Source: Cyclobacteriaceae bacterium (GTDB lineage Bacteria > Bacteroidota > Bacteroidia > Cytophagales > Cyclobacteriaceae). Taken from it: a stretch of DNA of 50,439 nt. Every line of letters begins with the position of its first letter. Position 1 is the first letter of the stretch. Position numbers and translations under genes: made by a program. The notes under the pieces were generated by a model. The model ran no database searches and was not told where the DNA came from. It worked only from the letters and a program-made list of their open reading frames with translations. Of the stretch, positions 27,532-37,900 are shown in pieces. The stretch lies in assembly GCA_036569145.1 (NCBI GenBank), contig DATCRE010000589.1, positions 1 through 50,439 of the forward strand. The letters run 5' to 3'.

Positions 27532-28563
27532 TTAATTTTGAGTCCCGTTTCTTTTAACATTCTTCGGTTTATACTCTGGCACTTTATCCATGCGGGCAAA
27601 TACAGATTCGTCTATGATGCCATCAGTGATTTTTCTATCATACGAGGATGTTAAAGCAAATACACCCGTGCGATTATTGTAAAGTGTGCCGGTTACATCA
27701 GGCTTTACATCAGTCTTGATTGTTTCTTCGTCAAAGCCAATACCTACTTGTCTGGCTTTTTCGATCATCCATTGTAAGGCAATGTCAGACAGGCTTTCAT
27801 CGGGATAGCCGCCACCTACATTGCTGTGGACACCTGCAAACCACCGTTGTTCCATTACTTGTTTAAAATCACGTGGTGTTGGATTAGTGCTCTTCGTCCA
27901 CAATGTTGGTATGAAGTTGCCGCGTTTTTCATCTACCGAAATAGCATGATAAGCATTTTCTATCAGGCTGCTCAGTGTGGTATCATAAAATGAATATTTC
28001 TTTTTGTTATACCATTGAAGAAAGTTTAATGGAAAACCCATTGAGCCTACAGTGTCCCACACGCCAATAAATTTTATCCGGGAAACTTCATAACTGTAAT
28101 CGTTACGGAATTTTTTTACAAGCTCCGAATCAGGCGCAGCATCTTTATTACGATAAAGATCATAGGCTTTATCAAACAATACGAGATCATTCTTTTTTAA
28201 GATGCCGCACTTTCGGATAAGGCCAGCCAGGCTACGTGCAGTATAGGCACCCCGGCTAAATCCAAATAAATATATTTCATCTTCGAAATCTTCACCTTGT
28301 TCGTAATTCCAGCAGATGAACTTATAAATATCGAGAATGTTTTCATCTATACCCTTGCCAGTGGCACCGTTGAATAAACGAGTAACAGTGTTGCCTTCGG
28401 CTCCTATTCCTTCGTCATAGAATTTAATCTGTTGTATGTTTTTGGAATCACGGGTAAGGATGTAATCAAAAAGTTTTTGAACATTAGTGCGAACGATTTT
28501 GCCTTCCTCTTTTGCGTTCGGTTTGTTCCAGGTTCCGTCACTGCAGGTGATGATGCGTTTCAT
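27532..28563 (-). CDS. DUF2235-family alpha/beta hydrolase (Tle1-like phospholipase fold)
   Basis: The ORF track starts at TTG 28587. ATG 28563 gives MKRIITCSDGTWNKPN, the canonical DUF2235 start. GxSxG-type LFGFSRGAYTARSLAGLI, FIGVWDTVGSMG, FAGVHSNVGGGY. No signal peptide. Confidence 0.85.
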   Translation of the reverse strand: MKRIITCSDGTWNKPNAKEEGKIVRTNVQKLFDYILTRDSKNIQQIKFYDEGIGAEGNTVTRLFNGATGKGIDENILDIYKFICWNYEQGEDFEDEIYLFGFSRGAYTARSLAGLIRKCGILKKNDLVLFDKAYDLYRNKDAAPDSELVKKFRNDYSYEVSRIKFIGVWDTVGSMGFPLNFLQWYNKKKYSFYDTTLSSLIENAYHAISVDEKRGNFIPTLWTKSTNPTPRDFKQVMEQRWFAGVHSNVGGGYPDESLSDIALQWMIEKARQVGIGFDEETIKTDVKPDVTGTLYNNRTGVFALTSSYDRKITDGIIDESVFARMDKVPEYKPKNVKRNGTQN

Positions 28564-28835
28564 TTTGCTACGATCTAGTGATAACAAGTATTACATTACT
28601 TTTTGTATTAGCTGCATGTTAGCAAGTTCTAAAATGAAGTGGGTGTAGTCAATACCTCTTTGGTGGTATTCTTTTAATGAAAGAGTAGCAATACGATTTA
28701 GGAAATACCCTGATGGGGGTAGTAGAATCATCCCGATAGGGTATTGATAAAACTACTCAGCCTGTCAAGCTTTGTGCATTGACAGGAAGAAGCCGAAAAT
28801 CCGAAAAAGAGTAGGCAAAAAAAACAAAAAAAATT

Positions 28836-30878
28836 ATGAGAAGACCCTTCATTTTCTTGTTTGCTTTTATCGCGATTGTTGTTAGTTGTCGTGATAAAGA
28901 ACTTAAAAATTCCGCTAAACGGTGTATTGCTGCCGAGAATCATGCGGCATTGATTAAAACAAATCCAAAGATACAAGTCACTGCCGATAGCATTGAACGA
29001 AATATTGAAGCGTACTATAAGCGATTCAATACACACGAAGATGGCGAAGCGTCAGTGCGTGGCGGCCGGTTAATCATTCCGGTTGTTGTACATGTACTCT
29101 TCAATAACAGTGTGACTGATCCAACGAATGTTTCGGATGCCCGAATCAACGAACAGATTGATCGCCTGAATCTGGATTTTCGGAGAATGAATGCTGACAT
29201 TGGGAGTGTGCCCGGTGCTTTTTCGGCGTTAGCTGCCGACAGTCGCATAGAATTTCAACTGTGCAGAAGAGATCCTTCCTGTAATCCCACTACCGGAATT
29301 GTGAGGAAGATGGTTACGGCTACTTCATTTGTGGCACACAATGCCAAGTTTAACACTACAGGTGGTGATGATGCTTGGGACACCAGAAAATATTTAAACA
29401 TTTGGGTTGTGCCTGATCTTTGTATCTCCGTTGGTGATTGTGGATATTTAGGTGCATCTTCCTTTCCTTCTGATCCCTTGAACGAGTATGGGTTTGTAAC
29501 TGGATTTCAATTTTTAGGAAACACTACAGATCCACATTATAACTTAGGCCGAACGGCCACACATGAGTTCGGACATTTTTTTAATCTGATTCATATCTGG
29601 GGCGACGATCAGGATATGAGTTCAGCTTGTCATGCTTCTGCAGAATGTAGCGGAACTGATCATGTTGATGATACTCCCAACCAAGGTCAGATGAATTTTG
29701 GAACACCTACATTTCCGCTTACTGACTGTTGCACAGGTACCAGTCCTGGTGTCATGTTTATGAGTTATATGGACTATGTTGACGACCCAGCTATGCTTAT
29801 GTTTTCACAAGGACAGGTAGACAGGATGATTGCAACGTTGTATACTACGCAAGCCGGATTACTTTCTTCTGATGCATTAATTCCGCCTGCGGCCGGTAGC
29901 ACGCCAGATCTGTTTGTGAAAGATACCCCTGAAGATGTTGGTAATGAGCCCAACAATGAATCAACGGACTTTTATGTAAGCGAAGACATCTGGGTACGTA
30001 ACAACAATGATGGAACAATGAATCAGGAACATCAGAATCCAATTTATCGTCCAGCAGGACCATCTAATTATGTATATGTGCGCGTAAGAAACAGAGGATG
30101 TGCTACTGCCGCCAGTGCCAACGTACATTTATATTGGGCGAAGGCTTCAAGTGGTCTTGGTTGGCCTAATCCCTGGACAGGTGGCATTACTGTTGGCACA
30201 GCCATAATGGGAGGTGAGATAGGTACTCCCGTAGCCAGTGGTGCTGTGGCTGGCGGAAGTTCAACGATACTAGAGTTTGCATGGAACCCGCCAAATCCAG
30301 CAGACTACGCAGCATTCGGAGCAGACAACGCACACTTCTGCTTGTTGGCTATCATTGAGCCGTACTCAACTACAATGACCGACCTGGGTCAGTTTGTAAA
30401 AAACAATAACAATGTGGCCTGGAAAAATGTAGAAGTAGCAACATCAGGTATGCGTGCTGGCAGTCGCGAAGCAACTACCTTGCTGGCTAATTACAATAAG
30501 GAAAAAAATAAATTTTCGCTTGGCTTCTTCGTTCCAAAGCGTGAAGAGTCAGCTTTCTCGTATGGCGATGTCTATGTAAAACTTTCGCCACTGGTTTACA
30601 AAAACTGGAAAGTGAATGGGAGCAAAGGTAATAACATACAAGAGCAGCAAGATGGTACTATAAGGCTTTTAAACGTTGATGCCACGATAGATAACATCTC
30701 GCTCAAGTACCGGCAAATTGAAGCAATGAAAATTACGTTTGTAGAGAGTGAGAAACTGAAGAAGCTAGGCCCTCATATTTACTTCTTTGATGTGAAACAG
30801 TTTTATGATAAGGTTTCACCTGAGACTTTTGTTGGAGCTCAGCGCATTTGGGTTAAATCATTTAACAAGAGGATCTAG
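28836..30878 (+). CDS. M43-family (pappalysin/cytophagalysin-like) zinc metalloprotease lipoprotein with a large C-terminal extension
   Basis: 680 aa. Lipobox FIAIVVSC. Metzincin site TATHEFGHFFNLIHIWGDD (HExxHxxGxxH) and a downstream Met-turn candidate VMFMSYMDY. About 330 aa of C-terminal beta-rich region. Confidence 0.85.
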   Translation: MRRPFIFLFAFIAIVVSCRDKELKNSAKRCIAAENHAALIKTNPKIQVTADSIERNIEAYYKRFNTHEDGEASVRGGRLIIPVVVHVLFNNSVTDPTNVSDARINEQIDRLNLDFRRMNADIGSVPGAFSALAADSRIEFQLCRRDPSCNPTTGIVRKMVTATSFVAHNAKFNTTGGDDAWDTRKYLNIWVVPDLCISVGDCGYLGASSFPSDPLNEYGFVTGFQFLGNTTDPHYNLGRTATHEFGHFFNLIHIWGDDQDMSSACHASAECSGTDHVDDTPNQGQMNFGTPTFPLTDCCTGTSPGVMFMSYMDYVDDPAMLMFSQGQVDRMIATLYTTQAGLLSSDALIPPAAGSTPDLFVKDTPEDVGNEPNNESTDFYVSEDIWVRNNNDGTMNQEHQNPIYRPAGPSNYVYVRVRNRGCATAASANVHLYWAKASSGLGWPNPWTGGITVGTAIMGGEIGTPVASGAVAGGSSTILEFAWNPPNPADYAAFGADNAHFCLLAIIEPYSTTMTDLGQFVKNNNNVAWKNVEVATSGMRAGSREATTLLANYNKEKNKFSLGFFVPKREESAFSYGDVYVKLSPLVYKNWKVNGSKGNNIQEQQDGTIRLLNVDATIDNISLKYRQIEAMKITFVESEKLKKLGPHIYFFDVKQFYDKVSPETFVGAQRIWVKSFNKRI

Positions 30879-30887
30879 CTATAAAAC

Positions 30888-30921
30888 AAACCCGGTCAAT
30901 TAAAACCGGGTTTGTTTTTTT
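30888..30921. terminator. Bidirectional rho-independent terminator
   Basis: Stem aaacccggt (30888-30896) / accgggttt (30905-30913), loop caattaaa, then gttttttt. Lies between the convergent M43 and sensor kinase genes. Confidence 0.85.
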
Positions 30922-30986
30922 AATTGTATTCACACGAATAATGAAGTAACACGCTCTTCCGATATTAACGAAAAGTTGAGGGATTG

Positions 30987-33900
30987 CTACAATTCTGCCA
31001 CAGTCAATTTTGGCTTACGTAAATAAGACCATTTTCCCCAGGGAATTCTGATCTTGGGCTGATTGGTTTTTAACGTTGGCAATATGATTTTAAACGTGGT
31101 GCCTTTATCTGATTCGGAATTCACCGTAATTTTTCCATGAAGCTTAAATATTGTTTCTTTTACAATATACAGTCCTAAACCTGAACCCTGACTGGTGGCG
31201 TGAGCGCGATAGAACATATCGAAAATATTGTCGACGTGTTCTGCAGGTATTCCTATACCATTATCAGAAACAGAAATATAACAGAATGATTTTTGCGTAG
31301 AAATAGTAATCTCCACAACCGATGACGCATTGGGATTTCGGTATTTAATTGAATTGGAAATGAGATTACTCATGATGATTTTTATTCTCTTCGGATCAGA
31401 ATGAAAGAGGTGTGGGGTATTAATAACCACTTTCCATTTTAATTCTTCAAACCCCTTCATGTACTGATGCATTTTGATGCTCTCATCTACAATGCTATGA
31501 AAATCTACCTGTTCAATAAATTTGGTAGCGCGTGAGTTACTGGAGAAATCAATAATGTCACGGATTAATTTATCAAGTAGTTTAACACAGTCTTCAATTT
31601 TTATAATGTAGCTATGAGCCAGTGCCGGATCTTCTTTTCTGGCAAGAGAAATGAGGCCCATCATGGACGACAGTGGAGAGCGTAGATCGTGCGAAGCACT
31701 GTAGACGAAACGATCCAGTTCGCCATTAACTTTACGAAGTTCGAGATTTGCTTTCTCTATGACCCGCACCCTCCATTTATAAATGACAAAAAGTATTGAT
31801 GCTCCAAGCAAAATCATGAGTGTGGTAAACCACCACGTTTGGTAGAAGTAAGGAGAAACGGTGAAGACTATTGATGAAGCGTTTTTAGACCAGGTATTTC
31901 CATCCGTTGAAGCAATGATATGAAAGGTATAAGTTCCTGGATCAAGGTTGGTATATTCTATCTGATGAACTGTGCCAGTATTCACCCAGAAACGATCTAC
32001 ATTGTCAAGTTTGTATTTATATTGGATGGGAGAGATAGATGATACTTCAGGTGTTGTAAAATTAATCGTATAACGATTATTTCCTGGCTTGATTTTAATT
32101 TCAGAATCAGGCGAAAAAATTGTTTTATCTGTCTTAAGCGATTTTATGTAGACAGATGGTATACTTTCATCAGTCACTATTCCATCAGGATTGATGACTG
32201 TTATTCCACTAGGTGAGGGGACCCAGATGCCGGTTGAAGTAAGAAGAGATTTTGCAGCCAGCATTTCTCTGCTGATGATACCATTGTTAACATCAAATAA
32301 TTTTATTTCTACTGACGATATGTTACCTGCTATATATTCTAAAACATCTGGTTTGTACATGCGAACAACACCAGCGTTACTTGTTACCCAGATGTTTCCA
32401 TTTTTATCTTCAATCCAATCATAGAATGAAGCACCCGGCAACGGCGTTTTTAACTCGATATTTTTAAAAGCTTTACCATTAAAATTGTACAACCCAAAAT
32501 TGGTGGTGAGCCAGACTTGTTCGCGTCGATCTTTATGAATGCTATAAATCACAACATCTTTGTCGTTCAACAGGATAGGCCATGTTTTAATTTTCCCCTC
32601 GGCTGTAAGAATGCTCAGGCCGCCACCATTTGTACCGATGTAGAGCGTGCCACTTTTATCAGCTAGCATTGATCTTATGGCGTCGGAGTGAAGACCATTG
32701 GTTGTATTATAAATATTGGAGCAATGATTATTTTGAAATTTTGCCAACCCTTTTGATTGACTTGCAAACCATATACTTCCTGAAGTATCTTCTGTAATTT
32801 TATAAATATCATTGGAGGGCAATCCGTCTGCTGTTGTTAACCATTTTTCTTTTTTATCAGGAGAGATTTTTAAAATACCATGTTGAGTGCCAATCCAGAT
32901 ATTGTTTTTGCTGTCAGTGAAAATATCATTGATAACGATACCCCTGAGTTTTTTAGTAGTGGATAGTGGTGAAAATACTCCATCGATCATCTTTATCAGT
33001 TCTCCATTTTCAGATGCGATGAGTATGGATTGTTGTGGACCACAACCAATTCTGGCGATTGTATTTATGGGTAGGTTTTCTCCTGATCTATAATTGGTGA
33101 TGCCGCGATCTATAATTTGTATTAAACCATTTCTAAACGTACTTAACCAATAGTTACTACCTTCGCCAATGGAAATATTTGTAATTTGAGAGTAGGGAAA
33201 ATTATTTTCATCACCAACTGATTCAACCTTATTGCCATCTTTAACTAAGAGGATCCGTGTTAATCCTGTGTCAGTTCCTATCCATGCCCGTTGTTTTGAA
33301 TCGATCGCTATGCAGTTGATTTGAATATCGGCTAATGAAGCAAGAGATGTAATACGGTTGTCAGATATAATATTTAATCCACTTGAAGTCCCGACAAGAA
33401 TGTTATCATCGCTGGTTACGGCGAGTGCATTAATAAAATTGCTTTGTAAGCCATCGGAAGTTGTAAATTGCTTTAGTGAAGTTCCATTATACGTTATAAG
33501 TCCATTGCCTTCCGTAGCAACCCAGATATTATTCTTGTTGTCCTTTACAATGTCGAGAATAGTGAAGCCTTGCATTAAGGAGTTGCCCACGGCTTGTACT
33601 GTATTATTCGCAATGCGATATAAGCCTTCGTTTGTTGTACCGACCCAGATTGTGTTTTTATCTGCAATCAGAAGACAATGAACTGACTGTAGTTTCGCAT
33701 TTGGTGTTTCAGGAAATGTTTTGAAGACATTGTCTTTAAATTGAATTATTCCATTGGAGTGTGACGTAAACCAAAGTGTGCCGCGAGTATCTTCATACGA
33801 TTTTTCAAACAGGCCTGTTTTTAAAACTGGTACATTATCCTGGTCGAAAAGATCTACATCGTTACCATCGAAGCGCATGAGTCCATGATGTGATGTCATC

Positions 33901-34103
33901 CATAAAAAACCTGATGTAGTCTGAATGGAAGAAGTGATCTCGTTGGAGATTAATCCGTTTTTGCCAGACCATTTTTTTGTGAAGAGAGTAGGAATTGGTG
34001 GTTCCGAAGATTGAGAGAAACAGTTAATTGTTACAACGCCTATAATTACGGCTGTCTTTATTGGTTGCAGGGTCTTTGCAATCCAATTCATTAGATTTTT
34101 CAT
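30987..34103 (-). CDS. Sensor histidine kinase with HTCS-type periplasmic two-component-regulator propeller and Y_Y_Y domains, but no REC or AraC output
   Basis: 1038 aa. About 700-aa periplasmic region with many Reg_prop-like repeats (IWVGTTNEGLYRI, IWVATEGNGLITY, IWIGTQHGILKI, LYIGTNGGGLSIL). Y_Y_Y-like YKYKLDNVDRFWVNTGTVHQIEYTNLDPGTYTFHI. TM WWFTTLMILLGASILFVIY. H-box FVYSASHDLRSPLSSMMG, N-box NLISNSIKY, G1 DNGIGI, G2 GSGLGLYIV. The protein ends about 30 aa after the ATPase domain. Confidence 0.9.
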   Translation of the reverse strand: MKNLMNWIAKTLQPIKTAVIIGVVTINCFSQSSEPPIPTLFTKKWSGKNGLISNEITSSIQTTSGFLWMTSHHGLMRFDGNDVDLFDQDNVPVLKTGLFEKSYEDTRGTLWFTSHSNGIIQFKDNVFKTFPETPNAKLQSVHCLLIADKNTIWVGTTNEGLYRIANNTVQAVGNSLMQGFTILDIVKDNKNNIWVATEGNGLITYNGTSLKQFTTSDGLQSNFINALAVTSDDNILVGTSSGLNIISDNRITSLASLADIQINCIAIDSKQRAWIGTDTGLTRILLVKDGNKVESVGDENNFPYSQITNISIGEGSNYWLSTFRNGLIQIIDRGITNYRSGENLPINTIARIGCGPQQSILIASENGELIKMIDGVFSPLSTTKKLRGIVINDIFTDSKNNIWIGTQHGILKISPDKKEKWLTTADGLPSNDIYKITEDTSGSIWFASQSKGLAKFQNNHCSNIYNTTNGLHSDAIRSMLADKSGTLYIGTNGGGLSILTAEGKIKTWPILLNDKDVVIYSIHKDRREQVWLTTNFGLYNFNGKAFKNIELKTPLPGASFYDWIEDKNGNIWVTSNAGVVRMYKPDVLEYIAGNISSVEIKLFDVNNGIISREMLAAKSLLTSTGIWVPSPSGITVINPDGIVTDESIPSVYIKSLKTDKTIFSPDSEIKIKPGNNRYTINFTTPEVSSISPIQYKYKLDNVDRFWVNTGTVHQIEYTNLDPGTYTFHIIASTDGNTWSKNASSIVFTVSPYFYQTWWFTTLMILLGASILFVIYKWRVRVIEKANLELRKVNGELDRFVYSASHDLRSPLSSMMGLISLARKEDPALAHSYIIKIEDCVKLLDKLIRDIIDFSSNSRATKFIEQVDFHSIVDESIKMHQYMKGFEELKWKVVINTPHLFHSDPKRIKIIMSNLISNSIKYRNPNASSVVEITISTQKSFCYISVSDNGIGIPAEHVDNIFDMFYRAHATSQGSGLGLYIVKETIFKLHGKITVNSESDKGTTFKIILPTLKTNQPKIRIPWGKWSYLRKPKLTVAEL

Positions 34104-34357
34104 AGTTTATTGAAACCAGTCAGTTATCCATCCACACATGAAACGTCTCACTAATCGAAAGTAGAGTAGAAGATATAGGCGAACAAAGATGAATCGCCAG
34201 ATGGACTAATTTGATTGCCCGTTACAGTAGAATAGTCTTTGTAATTATTTTTACACTATATAAAAATTAACTTTAGTTAGAATTGTGTGGATATTATTCC
34301 CCATATAATTAACGAAATAATAAAAATCTGATAGTTTACTTAAATGAAGTATTTACC

Positions 34358-34510
34358 TCATCTACTCCGACATATACGAAAACCTTGGTCAGAACCTTTT
34401 ACGCTTTGTCTGGTAGTGGCAGCATCTTTAAACCAATCTTCCCACCATTCTCTTACATTACCCGACATATCGTAAAGCCCCGGGTTCATTAGGTTTCTTG
34501 TTGCCAACAG
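34358..34510 (-). pseudogene. 3' remnant of a formylglycine-generating-enzyme (SUMF1/FGE-sulfatase) family gene
   Basis: My translation of the minus strand gives ..LLATRNLMNPGLYDMSGNVREWWEDWFKDAATTRQSVKGSDQGFRICRSR*, with the stop at 34358-34360. GLYDMSGNV.EW..DW and the terminal GFR..R are the hallmark C-terminal strings of the family. No start codon or N-terminal domain is in frame. Further FGE-like strings (YNDYNEFLWETGKK, LYWNYEH) appear in shifted frames at about 34590-34700, interrupted by stops (tentative). Confidence 0.7.
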
Positions 34511-34988
34511 TTTTGTTTTAGTCCAAAGGGAAGCTAATAATGTCCAAAGGGAGATGTTAAAGCCTTCCGTCCATTACCTGACTTGGAACACTTTTCCTTA
34601 AAAAGTGCTCATAGTTCCAGTATAAGTCGTCTTCTTTCCAGTTTCCCACAGAAACTCATTGTAATCGTTGTAAAAACGCTTTCAAACGGTTGAAATGAGC
34701 TATTGCTTATGCTCTTTGAGCAATAATTCATACTCGTTTTTTCATTTCCTGAGCAATTTTGGGTTGTCTTTTTGCTGGTTGTGGTGGCTTTTATAAAGCC
34801 TGCTCCATCCGGCAGGGAGTTGTAAAACTAAACCCTAATAACCTATGAAAAATAAGTACACAAAAGTCAGGTCTGGCTGGCAACAGCCGTCGAAGCCGGC
34901 CCGGCCAACGCGTGATTGGGAAATGGCAAGTCCAACGTTGAATTCTAGTAAAGAAGTAGTTCTTCCACCTAAAACCATCCTATAAACT

Positions 34989-37900
34989 ATGAATAGAACA
35001 TTACAAATTCAGAGATCATTATACTGGTCAAGAAAGACATACTTACTCATGTTTTTTCTGATTGGTATTTTCGCCCCAGGCATAAAGGCCTTTGGCCAGA
35101 ATGACAAGCTCATTTCTGGAGTAATTAAAGATGAAGCAGGTGCGGCATTACCCGGTGTTAATGTTTTGATTAAAGGGACATCACTTGGAACAACATCGGA
35201 TAATGATGGAAAATACAGCCTATCTACTCCGGAAGAAAATGTTACGCTCATCTTTTCATTTATTGGTTATACTTCAAAAGAAGTAGCTGTTTCTAATCAG
35301 TCAGTCGTAAATGTTACGTTGACTCCTGATGTTCAATCATTACAAGAAGTTGTGGTTGTTGGTTATGGTGTACAGCGCAAATCAGATTTAACAGGTTCAG
35401 TTGCCTCTATAAAATCCGGCGAAGTGCGTAACATTGGCGGAAGCAACATTGCAGAAGCATTGCAAGGTAAAGCTCCCGGTGTTGATATTAGAAATATGGG
35501 TACTCCAGGTGCTGATCCTGCTGTGTTTATCAGGGGACTTGGAACAAACGGAGACGCTAGTCCTCTATATGTAGTGGATGGAATGATGGTGAGCAGCATT
35601 GGCTTTTTAGCCAGTGGCGATATTGCATCAATCGAAGTGTTGAAAGATGCTTCCGCTACTGCTATCTATGGATCAAGAGGCTCCAACGGTGTTGTTTTGA
35701 TTACTACAAAGCAAGGGCAAAGTGGCAAGCCTGTTGTAAACTTTTCAGCACGTTCAGGTTTTCAATTCCTGACGAATAAATACAATACTGCTAATGGAAA
35801 ACAGTATGCTCAATTGGTTAATCTTTTCATGGCAAACAAAGGTAGTGCAGCAATGTACGATCCTGATACTGTTGGCAGAGGAACAAACTGGTTGAATCAG
35901 GTAACTCAACCTGGTTATGTCAATGATTACCAACTCTCTATTGCCGGCGGAAGTGATAATGTTAAATATAATATCAGCGCCAATTATTTTAAGCAAGATG
36001 GTGTATTGAAGTACACCGGCTTTGATCGTTTAACACTTCGTGCAAACAATGAGTACAAGTTAACGAAGAGGCTAACACTTGGAAATAACATCACATTCTC
36101 TTCTCGTCATTATACTGGAGATTCACAATGGAATGGTGGTCGTGGTTTGAATTCTGTCTATCGCATTTCTCCATTGCTTCCTGTAAAGCAACCTACCGGA
36201 TTGTTTACACCTGGACAAGATGTTGATATCGTGAATCCTTATGCAGCGCTGTACTACAACAAAGACATTAAGGACAATCCAATTGAGTTTGTAGGCAACG
36301 GCTGGTTGAATTATGAGCTTATCAAAGGTCTGACGTTCAGAAGCAGCTATGGTATTGATTACACACACGACTACAGAACTTCATTCTCACCTAAATACAA
36401 TCTTGGTGCTAACCAATCTAATGGTTCCAACACGGTAGGCACTATGTATTCAGATGCTTTCACCTGGTTATGGGAGAATACACTTAATTATGATAAGAGA
36501 ATTGGTGATCATAATTTTAATTTACTTGCAGGTTATACAGCGCAGAATAAAAATACAAAAACACTTGATCTGTTAGGTGCTAATCTGCTTTCTACAGATG
36601 ATAACTACCGTTATATACAGTCGCTTCCAATTACGAGCATAAGCTACAATTCAACAGGTAAGCCAACGAGCGAGTCTATACTTTCTTACTTGTTCAGAGC
36701 TAACTATTCTTTCAAAGATCGCTACCTGTTAACGGGTACATTCCGTGCTGATGGTTCTTCAAAATTTGCAAAAGGAAATCGTTGGGGATACTTTCCATCA
36801 GTAGCACTTGGATGGCGTGTTTCGAACGAGGAATTCATGAAGAACATTAAATGGATTGACAACCTGAAAGTGCGTGGAAGCTGGGGACAGATTGGTAGCA
36901 ATAAAATTTCAAACTACTTAACCTACTCAACACTGGCAACAGATTCATGGTATGATGCTGTATTCAATCGTACATTCTATACCAATGCAACAACAGTGGT
37001 AGCCAACAACCCTAACATTACCTGGGAGGTTTCACAACAAAGCGATCTGGGTTTAGAGTTTGCAACACATAACAATCAATTAAAATTAGAAGTAGACTAT
37101 TATAATCGCAGTACTAAGAACTTGTTGGTTACCGTTCCGATTCCAGGAGGTTCAACAGGCTTTGGTGCTACAGTATCAAACAACGGTACTGTAAACAACA
37201 AAGGGTTTGAGTTCTTAGTGAGCTGGGATGATAAAGTTGGAAGTGATTTCAGCTATGGAATCAGACTTACCGGAAGCATCAACAGAAACAAAGTTACTCA
37301 GCTTGGTGTAGATAGTAAGGGCTTTGGAGATTGGATGTTACCATCAGATCACATGTTTGCACGAAATTATCCAATTGGTGAATTCTATGGATACAAAGTT
37401 CAGGGTATTGCACAAACTCAGGCACAGATTGATGAGTTGAATGCAAAAGCTGTTGAAAAATCTGGCGTAGCGAATAAGCAATACTGGTCAAACCTCAAGC
37501 CTGGCGATCTGATATTTAAAGATGTAAACGGTGATGGTTATGTTGATGTGAATGATAAAACCGATATCGGCAATCCTAATCCTAAATTTGTTGGCGGTAT
37601 TACAATAACGGCAGCCTATAAGCGATTTGATATTGCTATTGATTTGATGGGAAGCTTTGGTGCTAAAATCTACAACGTTACACGTAACCAGTTTATAAGT
37701 TCAGGTCTTTCAAATCTTAATACAGAATGGCTTAACTCATGGACGCCAACGAACACCAACACCAGCATACCACGTTATGCTACGGGTACAAGTGTTTCAG
37801 AAGTATCAGACTTTAACATAGCCAAGGCAAGCTTCATAAAACCAAGATATGTTGAGTTAGGCTACACCTTTAACAAGGACATGCTGAGCAAGATCAAAAT

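Noticed and set aside
28817-28833. A8-C-A8 tract immediately upstream of the M43 start codon
   Set aside because: A-rich, Shine-Dalgarno-free leaders are, as I recall, the normal translation-initiation context in Bacteroidota. There is no evidence for phase variation, because the tract is outside the coding sequence and outside any identified promoter spacer.
28728-29036. 102-aa minus-strand ORF overlapping the 5' end of the M43 gene and its leader
   Set aside because: It is antisense to a well-supported lipoprotein start and includes the translated poly-A/T tract (FFCFFCLLFF), so it is spurious.
34846-34986. 46-codon ORF (MKNKYTKVRSGWQQPSKPARPTRDWEMASPTLNSSKEVVLPPKTIL) ending at the susC start
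   Set aside because: As a protein it has no hydrophobic segment or motif, and its composition is driven by the GC-rich island. I kept it only as a possible RNA/leader element in the findings.
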